Shown piece after piece: positions 38,441-51,281 of a stretch of 64,000 bases of DNA; position 1 is the stretch's first letter; every line of letters starts with the position of its first letter. The stretch is from contig JAUCBJ010008048.1 in assembly GCA_032718475.1 (NCBI GenBank), positions 1 to 64,000 of the forward strand, written 5' to 3'. The notes beneath the pieces are model-generated. The model was not told the origin of the DNA, did not search any database, and worked only from the letters and a program-made list of their open reading frames with translations. This stretch comes from Nemertoderma westbladi. Its lineage: Eukaryota > Animalia > Xenacoelomorpha. The translations under genes were made by a program, and so were the position numbers.

Positions 38441-40867
38441 TTTTCTTACAAATAGAGTTACAAATATTGACTTGAAATACATAGACTTTTTTCTAAGTCC
38501 GTTGCCATGGAAACCAGATTTTTCCTGAATATGAGACCCATCCCACACGACGCGCCTTGATGAGTTGTATATACATGCAAAATTTCAGGGTACTTTTAAA
38601 GGCTAGTTTTTTCCCCGACCAAAAAAAACCAAATCTGCCCCATACAAGTAAAATAGCCCACTATGAATAGACCATCTCAGCTAAGGAAAATCTTTCTTAG
38701 CGAAAGTAGTTGATTTTCCTTAGCTTCGTGGATTCAACCAGAGGGCCCAACATAGAGTTAGGTAGGGGTCGGCTAGCTAGCTTGTTTTTGGCCTGTAGTT
38801 CTAGAATGCAAATTAGCTATACCGATCACCAACTGTGTTCTGACGTCTAGAGGCGAAGAAGACGAGAAAGGCATTTCCTAAAGGAAATGCAACCACGAAG
38901 CTAAGGAAAATTAAACAAACGGCCACACTTTGGTTCGTTGCTTAGCCTCGTTTAGTAGCAATTGTCAATAATTAACTTCTATTCCCATGGAAACTAGAGT
39001 TCTCTGGAACTGTTGCTTTAACCTTTTAAAAAAAATTCAGTACAGATTGTGGTTCAGATAACACATATACTGAGTTTCAGAAAATATTGTAGTTTATGTC
39101 CAAATTACCGATTTTCTATCAAAATGCATCTGTTTACAGTGGTTGTCATGGAAACTGAAAAATAGAACAATGTAATTCGGATGCAGAATAAGTCATACAG
39201 TGGGGGTAGGGGTTGGTCCCAAGTCATAATACTATTAACTTGTGCTTCAAATTATCATTTTATAAATTTTAACATCTGTTTAGACTTGTTGCTATGGTAA
39301 CTGGATTGTGTAATTAACCTCGAATGGATTGTATTATGTATATGGACCTTATAGATGAGTTGCAAATCACCAAATTTATATATATTACATTATTTTGCTA
39401 CACATATAGTATTGAATTTAGACTTGAATGATATAGACTTTAATAAACTCCAGTCACCATGGTAACTAGATATTTCTAGAATGTTTTCAGTTTCACCAAA
39501 AGTCCCAACTAGTGGTCCAGATAACACATACCCAGTTTCATAAAATTTTATCATGAAGTCTATGTCCAAATGAGTAATTTTTGCATAAAAACATCTGTTT
39601 TCAGCGGTTGTCATGGTAACTGCAAAATAAAACAATGAAATTCGGACGCAGAATAATTTATATAGTGGGGGTAGGGGTTGGTCCCAAGTCATAACACCTT
39701 AACCTTAGGCTTCAAATTAACATTTTATAAATTTTAACATCTGTTTAGCCTGGTTGCCAAGGTAACTGGATTTTCTATTTAACCTCAATCAGCTCAGCAA
39801 TAGACCATATAGTTGAGTTGAGAAACCCCAAGTTTATATCTATTATAGTTTTCCTACAAATAGAGTTATAATTATTGACTTGAAATACATAGACTTTTTT
39901 TTAAGTCCGTTGCCATGGAAACCAGATTTTTCCTGGATATAAGACCCAGTCCAAAAGATGCGCCTCGACGAGTAGTATATACATGCAAATTTTCAGGGTA
40001 CTTTTAAAGGCTAGATTTGCCGGGGGTCAAAAAAAACCAAATCTGCCCCATACAAGTAAAATAGCCCATTATGAATAGACCATCTCAGCTAAGGAAAATC
40101 TTTCTTAGCGAAAGTAGTTGATTTTCCTTAGCTTCGTGGAACTTCTACTACTAATTCCTACTAGCCGGTACTACGTACCCTCTTACTAACCGGTACTACG
40201 TACCCTTTTACTAGAAAGGCATTTCCTAAAGGAAATGCAACCACGAAGCTAAGGAAAATTAAACAAACGGCCACAATTTGGTTCGTTGCTTAGCCTAGTT
40301 TAGTAGCATTTGCCAATAAATAACTTCTATTCCCATGGAAACTAGAGTTCTCTGGAACTGTTGGTTTTACCTTTGAAAAAAGATTCAGTCCAGATTGTTT
40401 TTCAGATAACACATCGAGTTTCAGAAAATATTGTAGTTTATGTCCAAATTACAGATTTTCTATCAAAATGCATCTGTTTGCAGTGGTTGTCATGGAAACT
40501 GAAAGTAGAACAATGTAATTCGGATGCAGAATAAGTCATATAGTGGGGGTAGGTGTTGGTCCCAAGTCATAATACTATTAAATTGTGCTTCAAATTATCA
40601 TTTTATTAATTTTAACATCTGTTTACTCTTGTTGCTATGGTAAATGGATTTTCTAATTAACTTCGAACGGCTTGTATATGGACCTTATAGATGAGTTGCA
40701 AAACCCCAAGTTTATATATATTACAGTTTTTCTCCAAATAGAGTTATGATTATAGACTTGAATGATATATAACTTTAAAAAAACTACAGTTACCATGGTA
40801 ACTAGATATTTCTGGAATGTTTTGAGTTTCACTAAAAGTTCCAACTAGTGGTCCAGATAACACATAC

Positions 40868-42876
40868 GGCTCATTCCAAAGTAAAGTACGGGACATTCGT
40901 ACACAATTTTGAACTTTGATTGCCTGTACAATGTTATCCACAGCACATATGTGCACAAAATTGTGCTTGGATTAAACTTTCGAATATCAGCTTTGATTTC
41001 GCGAAGCTTATGGCGGGACTTAGTCACTTTTGAGAAAATGCCAGCTTGTCCAATTAAGGTAAAGTACGGATTCGTACGAAATGGTATTTTTTAATTTATG
41101 ATTTCAATTCTAAAATTTAGCGAATTGTGCGCAGGTACGGTGTTGAGTTGATGTTTAGGATAAAGCTGTATTATTAAGCTTAAATAAAAATATAAATATA
41201 AGACGAATTGCTGCATTGCTAATTTTTTACAGTGTGGTTTGTGTGGTAAAGTATGGGACATTGCTAAGTAAAGTACGGGACCTGTACGAATTTTATGGTC
41301 AAAATGGTCTCTTACACTTAAACTAACAGTAATTTCTGGATAATTAGTGATAATAATGTGCAACTAAGTATTTCCAACCAAGATATGGATACAAAATGTG
41401 GGGCGGCCCACAAATTGACCCGAAGTCTTAGCATATGGGTGCCCTTAGGAGTTGTATGTCATCTGTCTAATTTTTGATCGCTAATACTGTATATCTCGGT
41501 CATTTTTAGATGAAATCAAACCAAACCTGGTACGTATGAAGTCTGTCAAAAGTTTAGAAAGAATCTGGAGTTTAAGGAATAAAAGGTCACATATCAGACA
41601 GTCTGTCTGTTGGTACCGATAGTTTCAAAATTTTGATAAAAACCGAAATAAGTCCGCCAATTATTGATGAAATATAACCAAACTTGGTATGTAGTCTGTA
41701 AAAAGTTTAGAATTTCTTTCCATTTTTCTGAAAATGTATCAATTACTGTACTTACCGATCTTCTTATCTGCTAAAAAACTAAATTTTTTGAAATTTGTTG
41801 TAAAGTACGGGACTTTACATGCATAAACTCAAAGATTAGTTAATTGAGGAATGATTCTTAGTTCAAATACATACTTCTATGCTTCCCCCTACCATCACCC
41901 TAAAGCATTATAACACTCCTGCCCTCCAGGTTTCATATATTACATTAACACAGTGCACTAATGTAATCGCCATTATAATGGTAAAGTATGGGACAATTTT
42001 CAATTGGCCGTTATGATGTTTCTGAGGGAGTAGATTATGAAACTACAGGTAATTGTTCCTTAAGATGACGCAACAAAAACGTGCTTTGCATTCCACTGGG
42101 TGATTGGGCTTAGTTAGACTACTTCTCTGTGTATAAATTAAAAATTTCACTATTTTTTGGTAAAGTATGGGACTTTACATGCATAAACCCAAGGATTTCT
42201 TGACTGAGGAATGATTCTCAGTTCAAATATAGACTCCTATTCTTACGGCCGACTATGACCTTAGAGTATTATAACACTCATGGCTTCACATATTACATTA
42301 ATACAGTGCACTAATATAATCGCCATTTTGATGGTAAAGTATGGGACAATTTTCAATTGGCCGCCATGATATTTCTGAGGGAGTGAAGATGAAACTAATT
42401 GTTTTATACGATGACGCAACACAAACGTGCTTTGCATTCCACTGGGTGATTAGGCCGAGTTACATCTCTGTGAATAAACTAAAAATTTCACTATTTTAGG
42501 TAAAGTATGGGACATCACAAGATTAACTTTATCGATTTCATTACAGAGGAATGAAACACTGGTGAAATTAAATGAAACCAAAAAAATTCGAAAATGGGTT
42601 TGTTTTTGATTTGGTACATGCTCAGAAATGTTAATTTATTGGTCATAGGAAGTGCCTACAGGAAACGAAACTTTTGCACACTTTTATTCACATTTTGTGC
42701 AGAGCAGGTGCATAATTTGTAATTCGACTATTTTTGATAAACCACCTGTGTTGATACAATTTTTAGCACTGAATTCATGAAGTACGATAAATTTTGACCT
42801 AAAATAAGTATAAATTCAAAGCTACATCTCATTTTTAGAAATTAGTGGGGAGGTTGACCTTTTCATGGAATGAGCC
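40868..42876. mobile_element. Non-autonomous DNA transposon, 11-bp TIR GGCTCATTCCA, 4-bp TSD ATAC (superfamily unassigned; Sola-like TSD length)
   Basis: TIRs at 40868-40878 and 42866-42876 with ATAC on both sides. The empty site ACACATACCTAG is present in the sister unit at ~37339. Internal AAAGTAYGGGAC motifs and a ~350-bp duplication. Confidence 0.85.
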
Positions 42877-45800
42877 ATACCTAGTTTCGTAAAATTTTAT
42901 CGTGAAGTCTATGTACAAATGAATAATTTTCGTATAAAAACATCTGTTTTCAGCGGTTGTCAAGGTAACTGCAAAATAGAACAATCAAATTCGGACGCAG
43001 AATAAGTTATATAGTGGGGGTAGGGATTGGTCCCAAGTCATCACACCTTAACCTTAGGCTTCAAATTAACATTTTAAAAATTTTAACATCTGTTTAGCCC
43101 GGTTGCCAAGGTAACTGGATTTTCTATTTAACCTCAATCGGCTCTGCTATGGACCTTATAGTTGTGTTGAGAAACCCCAAGTTTATATGTATTATAGTTT
43201 TCCTACAAATAGAGTTACAAATATTGACTTGAAATACATAGACTTTTTTCTAAGTCCGTTGCCATGGAAACCAGATTTTTCCTGGAGATGAGACCCATCC
43301 CACACGACGCGCCTTGATGAGTTGTATATACATGCAAAATTTCAGGGTACTTTTAAAGGCTAGTTTTTTCCCCGACCAAAAAAAACCAAATCTGCCTCAC
43401 ACAAGTAAAATAGCCCACTATGAATAGACCATCTCAGCTAAGGAAAATCTTTCTTAGCGAAAGTAGTTGATTTTCCTTAGCTTCGTGGACTAACCTCTAA
43501 CTCCACCAACTCTTTCATACAAGTAAAATAGCCCACTATGAATAGACCATCTCAGCTAAGGAAAATCTTTCTTAGCGAAAGTAGTTGATTTTCCTTAGCT
43601 TCGTGGATCATATTAAATTTCTTAAAAAAAAGTGAAAGTACTAGAAAGGCATTTCCTAAAGGAAATGCAACCACGAAGCTAAGGAAAATTAAACAAAGGG
43701 CCACAATTTGGTTTGTTGCTTAGCCTAGTTTAGTAGCATTTGCCAATAAATAACTTATATTCCCATGGAAACTAGAATTCTCTGAACTGTTGTTGGTTTT
43801 AACTTTGAAAAAAGATTCAGTCCAGATTGTGGTTCAGATAACACTTTCCGAGTTTCAGAAAATATTGTAGTTTATGTACAAATTACCGATTTTCTATCAA
43901 AATGCATCTGTTTGCAGTGGTTGTCATGGAAACTGAAAAATACAACAATGTAATTCGGATGCAGAATAAGTCATATAGTGGGGGTAGGTCTTGGTCCCAA
44001 GTCATAATACTATTAACTTGTGCTTCAAATTATCATTTTAGAAATTTTAACATCTGTTTAGTCTTGTTGCTATGGTAATTGGATTGTGTAATTAACCTCG
44101 AATGGATTGTATATGGACCTTACAGATGAGTTGCAAAACCCCAAGTTTATATATATTACAGTTTTGCTACAAATAGAGTTATCAATATAGACTTGAATGA
44201 TATAGAGTTTAATAAATTACAGTTACCATGGTAACTAAATTTCTGGAATAATTTAAGTTTCACTAAAAGTTCCAACTAGTGGTCCAGATAACACATACCC
44301 AGTTTTGTAAAATTTTATCGCGAAGTCTATGTCCAAATGAATAATTTTTGTATAAAAACATCTGTTTTCAGCGGTTGTCATGGTAACTGCAAAATTAAAC
44401 AATGAAATTCGGACGCAGAATAAGTCATATAGTGGGGGTAGGGGTTGGTCCCAAGACATAACACATTAACCTTAGGCTTCAAATTAACATTTTATAAATT
44501 TCAACATCTGTTTAGCCCGGTTGCCAAGGTAACTGGAATTTCTATTTAACCTCAATCGGCTCTGCTATGGACCTTATAGTTGAGTTGAGAAATCCCAAGT
44601 TTATATGTCCACGAAGTTAAGGAAAATCAACTACTTTCGCTAAGAAAGATTTTCCTTAGCTGAGATGGTCTATTCATAGTGGGCTATTTTACTTGTGTGA
44701 GGCAGATTTGGTTTTTTTTGATTCCGGAAAAAACTAGCCTTTAAAAGTTCTAGTTAAAAGTCATATGTCTTAATTCAACTCCCATCACCATGGCAACTGG
44801 AGTTTTCTAGAACTGCTCGGTTTTACACAGGAAGTTTCATTGAGTAGTTGATGTCCAAAATTAAAGATGTATTTTTGTTAAAACATCAGTTTGCAGTGGT
44901 TGTCTTGGAAACTGATAAATATAACAACGTTAATTGGATGCAGAATAAGTGATATAGTGGGGGTAGGGGTTGGTCCCAAGTCGTAATATCTTAATGTTAT
45001 GGTTTAAATAACCATTTTATAAATTTGAACATCTGTTTAGCCTGGTTGCCCTGGTAACTAAATTTTCTAATTGACCTCAATAAGCGCAACTATTGTCCTT
45101 ATCATTGAGTTGAAAAACTTCAAGTTTCGATCTATTATGGTTTTTGTACAAATAGAGTTAATAGTATAGACTTTCATGTAATAGATTTTAATAAACTCCA
45201 GTTACCATGGTACCTAGATATTTCTAGAAATTTTGAGTTTTTCAAAAACTTCCAAATAGTAGTCCAGATAACACATACCCAGTTTCAGAGAATGTTATCA
45301 TTTAGTCTATGTACAAAATGAACAATTTTTGTGTCAAAACATCTGTTTTCAGCCATTGCCATGGAAACTGAAAAATAGAACAACGTAATTCGTATACAGA
45401 ATAAGTCATGTGGTGGGGGTAGGTGTTGGTCCCAAGTCATAATACTATTAACTTGTGCTTCAAATTCATTTTATAAATTTTTACATCTGTTTAGCCTGGT
45501 TGCCATGGTATCAGGATTTTTTAATTTACCTCAATCTGCTCGGTTATGGCCCTTATAGTTGAGTTGAGAAACTCCAAGTTTATATATATTGCGGTTTTTC
45601 TACAAATAGAGTTATGAATATAGACTGGAATGATATAGTCTTTATTAATATACAGTTACCAAGGTAACTATATATTTCTGGAATGATTTGAGTTTCACTA
45701 AAAGTTCCAACTAGTGGTCCAGATAACACATTCCCAGTTTCATAAAGTTTTATCGCGAAGTCTATATCCAAATGAGTAATTTTTGTATAAAAACATCTGT

Positions 45801-48800
45801 TTTCATCGGTTGTCATGGTCACTGCAAAATAAAACAATGAAATTCGGACGCAGAATAAATTATGTAGTGGGGGTAGGGGTTGGTCCCAAGTCATAACACC
45901 TTGTTCTTAGGCTTCAAATTATCATTTTATAAATTTTAACATCTGTTTAGCCTGGTTGCCAAGGTAACTGGATTTTCTATTTAACCTCAATCGGCTCTGC
46001 TATGGACCTTATAGTTGAGTTGAGAAACCCCAAGTTTATATCTATTATAGTTTCCCTACAAATAGAGTTTTAAATATTGACTTGAAATACAGAGACTTTT
46101 TTATAAGTCCGTTTCCATGGAAACCAGATTTTTCCTGGAGATGAGACCCATCCCACACGACGCGCCTTGATGAGTTGTATATACATGCAAAATTTCAGGG
46201 TACTTTTAAAGGCTAGTTTTTTCCCCGACCAAAAAACCCCAAATCTGCCCCATACAAGTAAAATAGCCCACTATGAATACACCATCTCAGCTAAGGAAAA
46301 TCTTTCTTAGCGAAAGTAGTTGATTTTCCTTAGCTTCGTGGATCAAAATATCCTCTGTTTTTTTCAAAACCATATCGATTTTCATATTTATAACTTCTAA
46401 CCCACTCCAAGAGATAGAGAATCTTAAATGAAAGTCAAAAGAACAGGTAACACTTACATTTACGAGAAAGGCATTTCCTAAAGGAAATGCAACCACGAAG
46501 CTAAGGAAAATTAAACAAACGGCCACACTTTGGTTCGTAGCTTAGCCTCGTTTAGTAGCAATTGTCAATAATTAACTTCTATTCCCATGGAAACTAGAGT
46601 TCTCTGGAACTGTTGCTTTAACCTTTGAAAAAAAATTCAGTACAGATTGTGGTTCAGATAACACATATACTGAGTTTCAGAAAATATTGTAGTTTATGTC
46701 CAAATTACCGATTTTCTATCAAAATGCATCTGTTTGCAGTGGTTGTCATGGAAACTGAAAAATAGAACAATGTAATTCGGATGCAGAATAAGTCATATAG
46801 TGGGTGTAGGGGTTAGTCCCAAGTCATAATACTATTAACTTGTGCTTCAAATTATCATTTTATAAATTTTAACATCTGTTTAGACTTGTTAATATGGTAA
46901 CTGTATTTTCTAATTAACCTCAAACGGCTTGGATATGGATCTTATAGATGAGTTGCAAAACCCCAAGTTTATATATATTACAGTTTTGCTACAAATAGAG
47001 TTATCAATATAGATTTGAATGATATAGAGTTTAATAAACTACAGTTACCATGGTAACTAAATTTCTGGAATAATTTAAGTTTCACTAAAAGTTCCAACTA
47101 GTGGTCCAGATAACACATTCCCAGTTTTGTAAAATTTTATCGTGAAGTCTATGTCCAAATGAATAAGTTTTGAATAAAAACATCTGTTTTCAGCGGTTGT
47201 CATGGTAACTGAAAAATATAACAATGTAATTCGGATGCAGAATAAGTTATATAGTGGGGGTAGGGGTTGGTCCCAAGTCATAACAGCTTGCCCTTAGGCT
47301 TCAAATTAACATTTTATAAATTTTAACATCTGTTTATCCCGGTTGCCAAGGTAACTGGATTTTCTATTTAGCCTCAATCGGATCTGCTATGGACCTTATA
47401 GTTGTGTTGCGAAACCCCAAGTTTATATCTATTATAGTTTTCCTACAAATAGAGTTATAAATATTGACTTGAAATACATAGACTTTTTTTGAAGTCCGTT
47501 GCCATGGAAACCAGATTTTTCCTGGATATGAGACCCGGCCCAAAAGATGCGCCTCGTCGAGTAGTATATACATGCAAAATTTCAGGGTACTTTTAAAGGC
47601 TAGTTTTTTCACCTATCAAAAAACCCCAAATCTGCCTCACACAAGTAAAACAGCCCACTATGAATAGACCATCTCAGCTAAGGAAAATCTTTCTTAGCGA
47701 AAGTAGTTGATTTTCCTTAGCTTCGTGGATAGAAGTAATCAGCTGTTATTTGCTACGTCTTTCCGCTGGAGATGGATGAATTTTGATTGCATTGGAACAC
47801 CCCCTATCTGTGGTTGTAGGAGTGGAGAGATAAGTAGCCTATCTCGCTATTAATATTGTTGTATTCTATAATATTTATTATAGTTTCATCGTATTGCTAA
47901 AGTGGCTGGAGCTAAAGTTATTATGTAATGCAATAATTCTCCTCAAATATCTCAGCTATTTCATGAACATAATAAAGTATTAAAGCCATGTCAAAATCCT
48001 TCGTGTTTTTCTGCAATAATTGATCAAAATACTAGAAAGGCATTTCCTAAAGGAAATGCAACCACGAAGCTAAGGAAAATTAAACACTCTTTGACTCATC
48101 ACTTCATTGCTTTACAGAGTTAAGAGGCATATGCCTTAAAAACTCATATTACAATGGCAACCGGAATTTTCTAGAACTGCTGAGGACTACATTAAGATCC
48201 GGTTTGTGGTTCCAGGTGACACATACTTCAATTTAGTTTCATTGAGTAGTTAATGTGTAAAACAAAGTATTTAATTGTTAAAACGTCTGTTTGTAGTGGT
48301 TGTCATGGAAATTAAATTGGATTAAATTGTAAATTGATTGTAAATTAAATTGGATGCTTAATTAGTGATATAGTGAGGGTAGGGATTGGTCCCAAGTCGT
48401 AATACCTTAATGTTATGCTTCAAATAACCATTTTATAAATTTGAACATCTGTTTGGCATGGTTGCCCTGGTAACTGGATTTTCTAATTAACCTCAATCAG
48501 CTCGACTATTGTCCTTATCATTGAGTTGAGAAACCCCAAGTTTATATCTATTGCGGTTATTCTATAAATAGAGTTATGAATATAGACTTGAATGATATAA
48601 TGTGTAATAAACTCCAGTTACCACGGTAACTAGATATTTCTGGAATGTTTTTTAGTTTCACTAAAAGTTCCAACTAGTGGTCTAGTTAACACATAACCAG
48701 TTTCGTAAAATTTTATAGCGAAGTCTATGTCCAAATTAGTAATTTTTGTATAAAAACATCTGTTTCAGCGGTTGTCATGGTAACTGCAAAATAGAACAAT

Positions 48801-49349
48801 CAAATTCGGACGCAGAATAAGTTATATAGTGGGGGTAGGGGTTGGTCCCAAGTCATAACACCTTAACCTTAGGCTTCAAATTATCATTTTATAAATTTTA
48901 ACATCTGTTTAGCCCGGTTGCCAAGGTAACTGGATTTTATATTTAACCTCAATCGGCTCTGCTATGGACCTTATAGTTGAGTTGAGAAACCCCAAGTTTA
49001 TATCTATTATAGTTTTCCTACAAATAGAGTTATAAATATTGACTTGAAATACATAGACTTTTTTCTAAGTCCGTTGCCATGGAAACCAGATTTTTCCTGG
49101 ATATGAGACCCATCCCACACGACGCGCCTTGATGAGTAGTATATACATGCAAAATTTTAGGGTACTTTTAAAGGCTAGTTTTTTCCCCGACCAAAAAACA
49201 CTAAATCTGCCCCATACAAGTAAAATAGCCCACTATGAATAGACCATCTCAGCTAAGGAAAATCTTTCTTAGCGAAAGTAGTTGATTTTCCTTAGCTTCG
49301 TGGACAGGATAGAGAACACCAAAGGTCATAAAAAAAGGTCAGAAACAAA

Positions 49350-51137
49350 AAGGTCATCGAGGTTCCTGGGATTGGTCGGGTAGTCAGAACCAAAGGTCAT
49401 CGAGGTTCCTGGGATTGGTCGGGTATTCTCCCAAGGTCATCGAGGTTTCTGGGATTGGTCGGGTATTCTCCCAAGGTCATCGAGGTTCCTGGGATTGGTC
49501 GGGTATTCAGAACCAAAGGTCATCGAGGTTCCTGGGATTGGTAGGGTATTCTCCCAAGGTCATCGAGGTTCCTGGGATTGGTCGGGTAGTCAGAACCAAA
49601 GGTCATCGAGGTTCCTGGGATTGGTCGGGTATTCTCCCAAGGTCATCGAGGTTCCTGGGATTGGTCGGGTATTCTCCCAAGGTCATCGAGGTTCCTGGGA
49701 TTGGTCGGGTAGTCAGAACCAAAGGTCATCGAGGTTCCTGCGATTGGTCGGGTAGTCAGAACCAAAGGTCATCGAGGTTCCTGGGATTGGTCGGGTAGTC
49801 AGAACCAAAGGTCATCGAGGTTCCTGGGATTGGTCGGGTAGTCAGAACCAAAGGTCATCGAGGTTCCTGGGATTGGTCGGGTATTCTCCCAAGGTCATCG
49901 AGGTTCCTGGGATTGGTCGGGTATTCTCCCAAGGTCATCGAGGTTCCTGGGATTGGTCGGGTATTCAGAACCAAAGGTCATCGAGGTTCCTGGGATTGGT
50001 CGGGTATTCTCTCAAGGTCATCGAGGTTCCTGGGATTGGTCGGGTAGTCAGAACCAAAGGTCATCGAGGTTCCTGGGATTGGTCGGGTAGTCAGAACCAA
50101 AGGTCATCGAGGTTCCTGGGATTGGTCGGGTATTCTCTCAAGGTCATCGAGGTTCCTGGGATTGGTCGGGTAGTCAGAACCAAAGGTCATCGAGGTTCCT
50201 GGGATTGGTCGGGTAGTCAGAACCAAAGGTCATCGAGGTTCCTGGGATTGGTCGGGTATTCTCTCAAGGTCATCGAGGTTCCTGGGATTGGTCGGGTAGT
50301 CAGAACCAAAGGTCATCGAGGTTCCTGGGATTGGTCGGGTATTCTCCCAAGGTCATCGAGGTTCCTGGGATTGGTCGGGTAGTCAGAACCAAAGGTCATC
50401 GAGGTTCCTGGGATTGGTCGGGTAGTCAGAACCAAAGGTCATCGTGGTTCCTGGGATTGGTCGGGTAGTCAGAACCAAAGGTCATCGAGGTTCCTGGGAT
50501 TGGTCGGGTATTCTCCCAAGGTCATCGAGGTTCCTGGGATTGATCGGGTATTCTCCCAAGGTCATCGAGGTTCCTGGGATTGGTCGGGTATTCTCCCAAG
50601 GTCATCGAGGTTCCTGGGATTGGTCGGGTAGTCAGAACCAAAGGTCATCGAGGTTCCTGGGATTGGTCGGGTATTCTCCCAAGGTCATCGAGGTTCCTGG
50701 GATTGGTCGGGTAGTCAGAACCAAAGGTCATCGAGGTTCCTGGGATTGGTCGGGTATTCTCCCAAGGTCATCGGGTTCCTGGGATTGGTCGGGTAGTCAG
50801 AACCAAAGGTCATCGAGGTTCCTGGGATTGGTCGGGTAGTCAGAACCAAAGGTCATCGAGGTTCCTGGGATTGGTCGGGTATTCTCCCAAGGTCATCGAG
50901 GTTCCTGGGATTGGTCGGGTAGTCAGAACCAAAGGTCATCGAGGTTCCTGGGATTGGTCGGGTAGTCAGAACCAAAGGTCATCGAGGTTCCTGGGATTGG
51001 TCGGGTATTCTCTCAAGGTCATCGAGGTTCCTGGGATTGGTCGGGTATTCTCCCAAGGTCATCGAGGTTCCTGGGATTGGTCGGGTAGTCAGAACCAAAG
51101 GTCATCGAGGTTCCTGGGATTGGTCGGGTATTCTCCC
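49350..51137. repeat. Minisatellite with interleaved 40-bp and 43-bp units
   Basis: Core AAGGTCATCGAGGTTCCTGGGATTGGTCGGGTA followed by TTCTCCC or GTCAGAACCA. Confidence 0.95.
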
Positions 51138-51281
51138 AGCGGCTGGGAAGAATCGGAATTAGAAAGACGAATCAGCTCTTAAAACGCTTCAATGACCTCA
51201 ATGGGGATTACAAAGAGTTCCAGCGTTTTCTGCATAACATTTGTTCTGAACAACAAACAGTTCTGAACAAACTGTTTGATA

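Larger units (their letters stand above)
27757..49304 (-). mobile_element. Tandem/nested array of ~14 non-autonomous Helitron/Helentron-like elements (~1.2-1.7 kb each)
   Basis: Minus-strand units start TCCACGAAGCTAAGGAAAATC, followed by an inverted repeat. They end with the inverted subterminal repeat, hairpin GCATTTCC-TTTA-GGAAATGC and CTAG/CTCG before a T; no TSD. Units: ~27757-28612, 28649-29919, 29920-31136, 31205-32475, 32476-34151, 34158-38732 (with 34574-35838 and 35839-37104 nested), 38863-40140, 40211-43489, 43641-44607, 44748-46342, 46463-47729, 48032-49304. Confidence 0.82.

Noticed and set aside
27958-47612. Recurrent MTWDQPLPP... ORFs of 68-104 aa
   Set aside because: Chance frames in the Helitron internal module with variable stops; no Rep/helicase motifs.
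27757-49304. True CRISPR array or integron
   Set aside because: Eukaryotic context, repeats over 1 kb, variable spacer length, and no cas or integrase genes; the analogy is architectural only.
49415-51182. Repetitive ORFs (VGYSPKVIEVPGIG...)
   Set aside because: Translations of the 40/43-bp repeat; the units are not multiples of three.
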